Shown: positions 44,240 to 55,252 of the stretch, one piece after another
How the letters are laid out: each line of letters opens with the position of its first letter
Numbering within the stretch: position 1 is the first letter of the stretch
DNA from: Heteronotia binoei
Taxonomy: Eukaryota
Assembly (NCBI RefSeq): GCF_032191835.1
Contig: NC_083240.1
Location: 25,482,001-25,546,000, forward strand
Direction of reading: 5' to 3'
Length of the DNA stretch: 64,000 bases
Made by a program: the position numbers and the translations under genes
Notes under the pieces: model-generated
The model's database searches: none
What the model saw: only the letters and a program-made list of their open reading frames with translations
What the model was told of the DNA's origin: nothing

Positions 44240-46812
44240 AAGAATATAAAGTACTTGACAAAAGGAGCTTTGACTCTTGAATGCTTATGTCCTGAAACTC
44301 TAGTCTTGAAAGTGCTACAGGACTCAAGTATATGATAGAACGGAACCTTTGATCCAGTATTCCACCTCATTACATGGTAGGCTGTGTAATCTAATTAATA
44401 CATTATTTTGTGGGTAAAGTAGTCCACTGTCTGCATAAGCTAACCAGCAGAATGGAAATTGTTTTGTACCAAACTTTAATTGGTATGGCAGTCAATATAA
44501 TAACTTTTGTGGGGAGGGGCATTTCAAAACTCATAAAGGAGTGTGGCACTATTGTAGAAAGCAGGAGAAGCCTACGAGAGAACTAGTAAAGACCCCCTTT
44601 CAACAGAGACCACAAAAAAATTTGGCAACCATCCCTACAACCCAGGTGCAACACCTTCAGGATAACATTCTTGGAAACTGATGACCGGCACTCCTTGCAT
44701 TCTTACAACCGAGGTGAACAGCTGCCCACCTGGATCTATTTACAACTGAAGCATTCACTTTCTGAGCCAATCAATGCACTTTCCAAGAAACTGGAGGAGT
44801 GTCTATTGAAAGAAGAGACCCTTTGAAGTGATTGAACTCAAGAAGCAGAATTATATATATTGGGCGGAGGGGGCACTCAGTCCACCTGCTCTGCAAGTCT
44901 GGGGTAAAAAAGCATTGTGCGATTGTGGAGATAGAGCAAACTCCCTCGGCATTTTGACAGATGTTTTACCACCAGAGTTATGAGGCAGTTATGCAGAAAT
45001 CTGTTCTGGTATGTTTTTGCTCAAGGAGAAACTGACTAGATTCACCACCCTGAGGCTGTATTTGCATGAACAAATATACAAAGAACAGAAGCGCACTGCT
45101 ATGGGGGCTGTGCAGAACTGCAAGCAGCTTTCCCCCCTTTACTGTTTCTTTTCTAAGTTAACCCTTTTTTCATTCAAGGGAAGAAATAGTACAGCCAGGT
45201 CTTCAGGTGGAAGAGGACTTTTGCTCCGTGTGTAGTCTACTGAGCCAACTGATGAAACCTACACCATCAGAAATGCAAGAGTTATTGTGTAGAGAGAGGT
45301 GTGTTTAAAGGCTGTCGAGTCAGTTCCAACCTATGGCAACCCTATGAATTAATGTCCTCCAAAACATCCTATTTTTGATAAACAGCCTTGCTGAAGGCCA
45401 TGGCTTCCTTTAGAGTCAATCTATTGCATCTTGGTTACTACTTCTTTTCCTTCAACTCTTCCTAGCATGATTGTCTGCCCCTCATGATGTGACCAAAATA
45501 CAGTAGCCTCCGTTTAGTAATTTTAATGTCTGAAGTTCAAACGATTTGATCTAGAACCACTTACTTGTCTTTTTGGCAGTCTATGTTATCTGTAAAAATC
45601 TCCTCCAACACAATGGAAGAGAGGTACAGCCCAAAATCTTAGGATGGGGTAGCTGGCAGTTCTGCATTGGTGCACTTCCCCTCAATTAACCTCCAAGTAA
45701 TCTACTGTTTTGGGATCAGGTGAACAGGATGCCACATTCTCAAAGCTTTCACAAATGGAGAAAAGTGTTGATTGCTTAGAGGTATGCATCCCATCCCCCG
45801 TGCATTTTGCAAATGCTGCTTCTACAGGATTCTGTTAGCTATGGCTGCTTTACCATGCTTATTTGGTTTACATTTATGTTCTGGTGCTATGGTATTCTTC
45901 AAGATTTAAGCTCCTTTGAGAACATCAGTGGGGAAGTACAGGGTTCAGAATGTTGTGCTACATGTAGCCTACATTTTTATTAGTAATGTATTAATGTATG
46001 CTGCTGTTCATTCTACCCCTTTTATAACTGTAAAGCAAATCAAATTCTGTCTAGTTTATCTGAACAAAGCCCAGGCTAAGAAATGTTAATCTTATTTTCA
46101 CTTCACTCTCCTGTGAGGAGGATTCATCTTTGTTAACTTTTCATTCTTCTGTGGCAGATTTAAAACCTTCTGAGGCATTGATTTTACTCCTAGCCTATTT
46201 CTTTTGGCACCTGGCAGGCTGCTTGGATGAACACCAAGGTGTGGTGGGTTTATTCTAGTTCAACAATTTATGCAGGTCCAACTCCAGCTTTTCTGGCCCC
46301 CCATTTTTGTTTCCTGATTGTTCTGTGCATGGAAGAAAAATGTAGGTGCTTGTCACATGAGGGAGCAACTGTAGGAAAAGACTGTTCTCCATGAGGCCAC
46401 CACTTAATAAAAGCGTATGGCAGAAATTCCCTCACTTCTCAAGCATTACTATCAAGAGGCTGAAGAACTTACACACACACACACACCCCCATCAGTGACA
46501 GATAAGGCGCTTGAGGACATGTTTTTCTGAAGAGCTATCAGCTTTTATTCCACAGCTCAAGTCAGCACACTACTAACAGGCAGACGAGCAAGGATGGACA
46601 GCGTTGATACAATCCTGAGGTCTTGTGCTCACCCCTCCACTGTCACCACAATCCTCTCCACAGGGGAAAGCACTCTATGCTCTTGTAGGGGGATGGATAG
46701 ACAGCCGGTCGCAAACAAATGAGAAATGCTAACGTTTTAGACTTTAAAAGAGAATTTTACTAGTGAGGCATCTTTCATTAACGGAGTTTGGACTTCGCTC
46801 TGCACAGCTCTG

Positions 46813-49800
46813 TTAGGCTAGACCTGTGGATTCAGAAGAGCAAAAGAAAGACACTGATGAGCATCAGACACCAACTGCTGGAGATAATTCAAAGTATTCA
46901 GCAAATGACTATGTTACCCTGTGTCAGGCAGTAATCCCCAACATGGTGCCTGTTGGCCCACTGTTGGGTTTCCTGGTGCCCCTCTCCCCCAAAGCAGAAT
47001 CAACCTGGACTTTCCTACAAGCCACTGGTACAGGAGACCAGAGAAACAACGGATATCATAGTAAGAGGATGCTCAGCTTGCAATTGCCTAACTTTTTCTG
47101 TGTGGCCCCAGCCCTCTGTGGAAGCCATTTTGTGGCGACACCCACTCCCCATTCTCACTATTCTAAGAGTGTCCACAGGCAAAGGGACAAGAAAGCAACC
47201 CTTGTCTATTCAACCATTTCCAGTTTTTACAAAGTTATTCGTACAGCTTTCAAAACAGCATTCTTTCAGATCCCAAATGATACTAAAAGCAATGACAGTA
47301 GGGCACATAGTTTTAGAAAATACTCCAAACAGCAGGATAGGTACCTGGTCCACACCAGTTACTGATGTGGCCTTACTTGCAATCTTTGCTAGTGTTTAAA
47401 CATCATACAAAGTTAAATGTAGAGAGAGCCAGAAAGGCACCAGGTTTGATTATGAAAACCTGCCTCCATAATCTTGTCAGTTACTAAGGTCAGAGAGCAT
47501 ATATTCTTCAAGAAGAAGAAGATATTGGATTTATATCCCGCCCTCCACTCAGAAGAGTCTCAGAGCGGCTCACAATCTCCTTTACCTTCCTCCCCCACAA
47601 CAGACACCCTGTGAGGTGGGTGGGGCTGGAGAGGGCTCTCCCAGCAGTTGCCCTTTCAAGGACAACCTCTGCCAGAGCTATGGCTGACCCAAGGCCATGC
47701 TAGCAGGTGCAAGTGGAGGAGTGGAGAATCCAACCCGGTTCTCCCAGATAAGAGTCCGCACACTTAACCACTACACCAAACTGGCTCAGCCTGGTTATAA
47801 GAAAGAGAACCATTCTGTTTTAAAGTGCAAAGACTATTTTGGTGGCTACTAACTAACAAGCGATTACTATCATTATCATCCAAATCAGTGCATCGTTATT
47901 GTTTGTTTCATCTCTAATCTCTATAGCAACTAGTACAGGTCACTTAATATTTCTTTTGAAAAGCTACTGGCAAGAATGAAAACAAACTCAGAAACACCTT
48001 TTGTGTTCAAAGTAATCAGTTTCTGCTGGTTTGGACGCATTGGCAAACCAGCCTGCCCCAAGCCAAGGATGCTCCTTACCATTTGCAAAACGGCACTGCT
48101 TCAAGACCTCGCTGAAGCCCTCACACAGCTTCAGGTCAGACTGGTTCTGGGCACACTCCAGGAACTGTTTCATTTCATACTGGCAAGGGGTATATTGAGA
48201 CTGCTGTGCTGCTGGCTGGGCTGTCTGCGGCTCCTGAGGAGGAAGCGAAACAGAAATAAGATGGCAGAAGATGTGTCTGAAGCCAGTAACTGCTTGTCAG
48301 AAGGAATATGCCAGCAAGCGTTGTAACGTTTTCATTCTAAAAGCAGGAGGACGCTTTCCCAATTCCTGCGGCTTTGCCCTGTTAACATCTTGTCAGCTAG
48401 GCCTCTGGCTAAGCAACTAGAGTAAAAATCAGTCTTACTCTACCTTGCAGGATGCTCATCGTTAGGTCCTAACGTAGCAAGCACAGTTTATGTAGTACTG
48501 CCCCCCTTTATGCCCTGATTAGCCAGTATTACTTTGTTCCATCTCCAATGCAATACCTTTGGGGGGTGGGAATGCATATTTACAGCTCATTGTAGCCATC
48601 TCTCCAGCTGAGGGAACTAGAAACTGCAAAATCAGCCAACAAGGCAGGAGGCCTTTAGTTGAGGCAGTGGCGTTCACTTATACCTGGCCTACCCTCCAGT
48701 GACCTCAGATCTGAGTGACCACTTGGGCCCAACTGGGTGGATCTGTTGAGGCATGGTTTAGTTTTAATGTCGATGTCCTGATTTTTAACTGCATTTTAAT
48801 CACTTAATGGATTTTATTGTGTGGTTTTATGATGGACCTCGCCTGAGACTGCTTGCGTGGAGGGCAGATTATAAATGGAATAAAATAAATACTTAGGGAA
48901 AGATGCCAGCTGTGCAGAAGAACACACCCTTTGAGAGGTTCTCTTAATTTTACAAAAACTTGATGAAGATGGGAAATGCTTCACAAATCTGCAGACACTG
49001 GGGTCAGCTGAGATTCAGTTGAAAGTTTATATGTCGAGAGATTAACCTTATCAAGCAACCCTTCTCTAAATCTTGGGAGGAGATTTTTGAAGAACAGAAT
49101 TGGATTTCTAAATTGTCTCCTGTCTCCTTTTCTGTTATTCTTTGCGGATCCCCAGCTTGTTTAACTCCGTTGTATAACTCCTGGAAACTTTGCTGCCTCC
49201 ATTGTTCTCCTAAAGCACTGTATTGAAAAGCAGACCAAAAAATCTTGGGAACTAACTTACTCTTAACATCATTTAGAATTTTGCTCTCTCTCAACGCAGA
49301 TTTTTTAAAAAAATTATTACAGAATGGCTACTACATTTAATGTGTGCATTCTTTTGACTTTCAGACTTCCAAATACTCTTGATATAAAGACCACTATGAG
49401 GCCTTATTCCAAAGAACATTTATTTCCTCCTGTCTTTGACCTCAAAGGAACTTTTCTAAGTTGAATCCTACCAGCTAAACCTGTTGGTAACCCAAACTAT
49501 AAGCCCAGTTCCTTGGGCAACCTTGGACAAGAAGTGAGTGCTGGCCCAGCAACTTCCCATCATTTCTTTTTGGGGTCTGTGCGGTAGTCGTGGCAGCAGA
49601 TGAATGTTAAGCAAGACAAAGTTTTATTCACAGCAGGTGAGAACCAGCTAGCCAGACAGTGGCCTCCCTGCACTTACCTGATAAGTGATGTCTGGCCTTG
49701 CAGCTTCAGAGCTGCCCCCAAATCCTCCAGTCATTGCATGTCCTAGTGTGTGCCCCACAGCAGAGCCCACGGCCACGCCAGCAGCTGTGGTGGCCATCTG

Positions 49801-52800
49801 GGCCATCAGGCCAGGCTGCCGGGGAGCAGGAGAAGCCACTGCTGATGCAGGGGCAGGTGCTGGGACGGGAGCATGTGCAGCTGGTGGTGGAGCTGCTCGC
49901 ATTGGTGGTGCACGGCTGTGAAGGCAAGGGGAAAAAATGAATTTTCAAAACTCACTGGGATTAAACAAATTTCCCTGTTAAACAGGCCCAGGACTTGGAC
50001 ATCTAGGTATATGTTCCTATAAACAGTTCACTTCAAACACCTTTTGTTCTATTGCCAATAGAGGTGGAACAGAAGTAAAGAGGAAGCAGGAATGTTGCTT
50101 CCAATTTAAAAAACAACATGTTATTTTTATTCTGCCCTCTCTCCAAGGTCAGGGCAGCATACAAGGTTTTCCCCTCAGTTTTATCATCACAAAAACCTTG
50201 AGATAGAGGTTAGGTAGACAGCGTGTGACTCATGGGGGACAGGATTTGAACCAAGATCTGTCCCCACTTCTTAATCTAACAATTTAAATTCTAAACCACA
50301 CATATCCCAGCTTCTAACCTTTGCTCCCATGAATGTTTCCACAGCAAAACCTTACTGCAGGTGAAGCCAGAAAGTTACCGACCTTGACAGGAAGAAATTT
50401 AATGCTGTTTGTATTTGAAAGAAGATGCCCTTAGTTAAGTGTTGCCTTTTGATGGTTGTACATAGTTTTATATTGTTATGTTATATTTTAGCTTGGTGTT
50501 GTGTTGTACTGTTATTGATGAGTTGTGTTGTTGTTGTTGATTGGCCTAGAGCCGCAATAAACTGACTGACTGACTGACATTGCCAGGTTGCCTGCCTCTG
50601 TGTAGCAATTCTGGACTTCTCCCATCTGAGTACTAACCAGATCCCAAATACTAAACAGGGTTTAGTTTCTGAGATCTGATGAGACAGGGAAAGCCTGAGC
50701 CACCCAGGTAAAGGCTTACTGTGTCTACCCATTTTTAATAAAAAGCTGAGGAGAATCTTAGGGTAGCATCACATGACTATAAGTAATCCCTCATGTGTAA
50801 ATAAGGAGGGGGTGCACACCTGTGTGAACCATATAGAATGCTTGCTTATGTTCATGTGAACCTAGGCCATTAAAGACTTGCAGATTGTCTCTGATTTTGG
50901 AACACATTTGTTTTTGAAATTTGCACATCAGAGCCACTATTTGGGCCATAAATGGAAAGGCTTACATTTTTGACTGCATGTTGATCAGTAACAATTGTGC
51001 TTCTAATTACAAATGACTCAGATACCCCTTGCAAGAACCCAAAATTTCAGCTTTTTGAATTTTTCTTTCTACAGAAGACAGATATCCATAACATTTTACC
51101 AGGAATATGCCTTTAAGATCACTGGTCAAAGCTCTTTCAAAGCAGCCAACAGAAGACGTTACAAAACAGATTGTCTCTTTAAACTGGTTAAATATTCACA
51201 GCCTGTTACTCAACTCATCAGGACGGAGAAAACATTAAACAAATGCAAGAATCTTGATGCTCTTTAAACAGGAGGCCACATTCCTGCTTTTTTGTCACTT
51301 CAGTCTTGACAGTGGGCTGAAGGTTAATGTGAGATCAATAGTGTCCTCATACAAGATAAAGTAGGTATGACCCTATATACTTCCTAGAAAGGAGACTGCC
51401 AAGGAACCACGGGCTGTTGGAGGAACAGTGATGCAGGCATGTAAGGCAGATAAATAAGAACCAATGCAAAAACCTGGATTAGGAAGTTCATTGTTCATTA
51501 ACAGAGAAAGATTCCAAAGACACAAGACACCCCATGAACACCTAGCCACTAGTGCCACTGACGCTAGGCTCTGGAGGGCCAAAACCATAACCTCTGTTTA
51601 CGGCAGAGTACAAGGTTTGCTGCGTTTGAAACCCTCCTGGACAATATATATATTCCAGAAGGAAAGGAGCTAAAGATCAAGATGCTCATCTCTGTCTTCC
51701 TCCCTGTTCACCTCTTGATTTCCCTTTCCCTTCTGACTTCTGAAGAGAACTGCCTCTCCCATAGTAAGTAAGTAAGTAAATTTTTATTTATACCCCACCC
51801 TCCCCGCCGAGGCAGGCTCAGGGCGGCTTACAGAGCGTGATACAATATCATGGCATGACAGTAACAGATAAAATCAATCAACAATATAAATACAAAATAT
51901 AAATTAGTTTTAAAAATAAGCTAAAACAATACAGTGGTGCTACAGTCTCTATTTATCCAGGCAGTGTCATATTCATTCTGGTTACGTCTTAAAGGCTTCT
52001 TGGAAGAGGGCGGAAATAAGTTCAGAAAAAGAGACAATCAAATCAGCTCCTGCCTACAATAAGCCTATCCAAGGCAAAGGTTTGGATGGTATGGAGAATA
52101 GCCCTGCAGCCTACAAGGGTCCAAAGCACTTCCATGTTCTTTTTCTGGAAGTGTCCATACAATCCCAGCACCACTTCTAGCCCATTATGAGCCCTCACCA
52201 TCTGCCCAACAAAAAGGGTACCCAACGTTTAAAAATGCAGACATGAATGATCAAGCTGCAGAAGCTTCATTTAAACCACTTTGTGAAGGGAAAAAAAAGT
52301 AGTAGAATACAGGTGTGCTTCATTGACAGGACTGGGTTTTCTCCCCCATTCAACTAGTTTATAAGGCTATGTATGAACAAGTTAGCACCAAGTCACCCCC
52401 TCTTTTCATTCTCCATTAATTATTTATTTAAGAGCTTTTTAATCTCACCCTTCCTCCAAGGAGCATTAGGCCATACATGTTTCATCACCTTCTCAACAAT
52501 ACTGTTAAGTTGGTCAAGTTGTGTAAGAAAGACTGGCCCACAGTCACCCAGTAAGACTGATGGCACCCAAGGATTTGTACCTGGGCCTCCCCTGTTCTAA
52601 TCAAACATTAATTACGACAGCATAATGCCTGTCAATAAACACCTTTCTCCATACACTGCTGCCAGTTCTCTATTCTCTTTTTGATTGCCCCCCCAATTTC
52701 TTCTTCAAGCCCATTTCTGTTCCCTTCACCCCTTACTTCTCTCCCAACTAGTCATCATTTAACAGTCAGTCACCAGATTTTGCTGTTATGTACGTAGAAA

Positions 52801-53196
52801 GGGAGTAGAAGATACCACACTATCAATTCTATGCTTCCTTACGCTCTGGTCAACAGGGCTACCCTCCAAAAATAAATATATATAGGGGTGGATCCTATCA
52901 GTTAATTGTTTTCTAAAACAATTAACCCCCACTTTTATTTTTAGCTCCAATTTGAGCCTTTCTTTACTATACAGAGCCCCCCCCCCCTAATTAAATGACT
53001 CTTCCCTTGGAAGAAGAACCACTTAAGCTAAAGAAAGAGTGCGTGGAGAGTGCTGAGGCCTACATCCATGCTGGGCCTATTCCTTCAACAAATGTGCAGC
53101 GCTTTCGCCGCTTCACTCTGGCCCTCTGGCGCCCCCAGCCCTTTACCTGGCCGGCGGGGCCATGCGGGAAGTTCGGCTTCTGCTTCCCCGAGGCAT
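46813..53196 (-). CDS. CHCHD2: Coiled-coil-helix-coiled-coil-helix domain-containing protein 2 (CHCHD2), 4 exons, 150 aa
   Basis: Exons on minus: 53196-53147, 49915-49678, 48233-48080, 46823-46813 (TAA); 453 nt. [26 protein letters not shown]...[30 protein letters not shown]..., twin CX9C ([11 protein letters not shown] / [11 protein letters not shown]), ends ANGLA*. The N-terminal MPRGSRSR favours CHCHD2 over CHCHD10, as does synteny. AATAAA on - at 46549-46544. Confidence 0.96.
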
Positions 53197-53490
53197 AATG
53201 ACGACGACAGAGGCCTTAATTCGCGAGTTGCTTCTTCTCTCCGGCTTTCTCGCCTCCGCTCAGACGTGCGCTTTTTTTTCCTACTTCCGGTCCGCCTACT
53301 ACCCCTTCCCCCGCTTTCTCCTCAAGGTCACCGGCAAATAATTCCGCCTGCCTTCAACTGCGCCTGCGTACGTTTTAACGCCATAAAGACTGCGGCGCGA
53401 GCTATAGAGGGAGTGACGTCCTTAACTCCGCCCCTCTTGCTAGAAACAGCGGGATGAGGGTAATAAGGGGACGGAAGGCGTGGCCTGACT
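53197..53490 (-). promoter_or_regulatory. CHCHD2 CpG-island promoter / 5' UTR
   Basis: CpG-rich. ETS/GABPA ACTTCCGG at 53283-53290, NRF1-like TGCGCCTGCGTA at 53359-53370, YY1-like CGCCAT at ~53379, CRE-like TGACGTC at 53414-53420, GC box CCGCCC at ~53428. Confidence 0.75.
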
Positions 53491-53609
53491 TTACCTTCCG
53501 TATTGGAAATAGGAGGAAGTACATCTAATATTAGCGTGAGAGGGCTGGAAGAACGAGGTTTTGAATCCAGCGGCATCTTTAAGACCAACAACATTTTATT
53601 CAAAGTATA

Positions 53610-54485
53610 AACGTGCAGCCACACTTCTTATGGATAAAAGGAACTACTTCATGCAAAGGGTGATTAACACATGGAAATCACTGCCACAGGAGGTGGCAGC
53701 AGCTACATGCATTAGATGGCTTCAAGGGGGGGTGGGGTTAGATAAACATATGGAGCAGAGGTCCATCAGTGGCTATTAGCCACAGGGTATAGATGGAACT
53801 CTTTGTCTGGGGCAGCGATGCTCTGTATTCTTGGTGCTTGGAGGAGCAACAGTGGGAGTAGGCTTCCCAATCCCCAAGTCCCAGCGGGGGATCCCGTGGT
53901 TTTACAGGCTTCCCCTCTCCCCCAGCCAGCTGGCCTGCGGGGGAAGCTCCACCCCCACAGCTATTATGCACCTCCAGGAACGATTCCCATAGGGAATGAT
54001 GGGGAATTGATCCGCGGGTGTCAGGGGCTCTAGGAAGGCTGTTTTTTGAGGTAGAGGTGCCAAATTTTCCGTATAGCATCTAGTGCCTCTCCCCAAAATA
54101 CCTCCCAAGTTTCAAAAGGATTGGACTAGGGGGTCCAATTCTATGAGCCCCAAAAGAAGGTGCCCCTATCTTTCATTATTTTCTATGGAAGGAAGGCATT
54201 CTAAAAGGTGTGCTGTCCCTTTAAATGTGATGGCCAGAACTCCCTTGGAGTTCAATTATGCTTGTCACACCCTTGCTCCTGGCTCCGCCCCCCCCAATGT
54301 CTCCTGGCTCCACCCCCAAAGTCCCCAGATATTTCTTGAATTGGACTTGGCAACCCTAAGTGGGAGGGCATCTAGTGTCCGGGCCCCACTGGTGGACCTC
54401 CTGATGACACCTGGTTTTTTTGGCCACTGTGTGACAGAATGCTGGACTGGATGGGCCATTGGCCTGATCCAACATGGCTTCTCTT
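53610..54485 (+). mobile_element. CR1 LINE 3' end split by a Blackjack-like MITE
   Basis: Frame ...DKRNYFMQRVINTWKSLPQEVAAAT...(CR1 ORF2 end) and 3' UTR; interrupted at ~53870-54358 by a TGGCAACCCTA-ended element. Confidence 0.7.
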
Positions 54486-54961
54486 CAGATACAGATGCTT
54501 GCACATTAAAGTTTAAACCTTGAATAAAACTTTGTTGGTCCTAAAGGTACCACTGGACTTGAACTTTGCTCTGCTGCTTCAGACCAACAGGATTACCCAT
54601 CAGAATCTATGAACATCAAGGAGTAGGAAGGTTAAGGCACAGAAATTTTAGGGTGAATGGACTCGGGAGGGAAAAAGGAAGGAGGGGAACCCAGCTTGAG
54701 AGCCAGCTTTGTTTTCTAACCTTGTTTTTCTCTTATTGTGGGCGCTGTCAGGCAGAAACTAGGCCGGCAAAACTTTCCCTGTCAAAACCAAATACAGCCT
54801 TAACGGGAAATGTCCCCAAGGGGAGATCTGAACAAATTGTAAATAGATTCTCTGATCCTAAGGGAAAGAAGCCCAGAGGTAGCACTGAAACATTTAATTT
54901 TGTTTCAAAGTGTATATACCCTCTCAACATTCATATCTCAGTTCTGTACCTCTCTATAGAG

Positions 54962-55252
54962 CAGGGGTCCTCAACCCCCGGGCCATGGACCAGTACCGGT
55001 CTGTGGCCTGTTAGCAACTGGGCCGCACAGGAGGTGAGTGATGGGCAACCAAGCACCTAATCGCAGGAAAACAAGCACAGAGCTCCCACTGATTCTGCAT
55101 TATGCTGAGTTGTATAATTATTTCATTATATACAATGTAATAATAGAAATAAAATGCACAATTGTATCATCCCGAAATGATCGCCCCTCTCCCCGGTTCG
55201 TGGAAAAACTGTCTTCCATTAAACCAGTCCCTGGTGCCAAAAAGGCTGGGGA
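54962..55252. mobile_element. MER1/OposCharlie1-like hAT-Charlie non-autonomous element
   Basis: CAGGGGTCCTCAACCCCCGGGCCATGGACCAGTACCGGTCTGTGGCCTGTTAG...CTGATTCTGCATTATGCTGAGTTGTATAATTATTTCATTATA...GGAAAAACTGTCTTCCATTAAACCAGTCCCTGGTGCCAAAAAGGCTGGGGA resembles the recalled MER1 consensus. Confidence 0.7.

Noticed and set aside
46826-47365. 179-aa and overlapping 148-aa + strand ORFs
   Set aside because: Non-ATG or repeat-derived starts, antisense within CHCHD2 intron 3, no recognisable motif.
47508-47787. Recurring ~270-bp repeats as a possible CRISPR-like or tandem array
   Set aside because: Dispersed SINE copies in a eukaryotic genome; no repeat-spacer periodicity.
49004-49294. 96-aa minus ORF in CHCHD2 intron 2
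   Set aside because: TTG start, no family match, and not needed for the complete in-frame CHCHD2 model.
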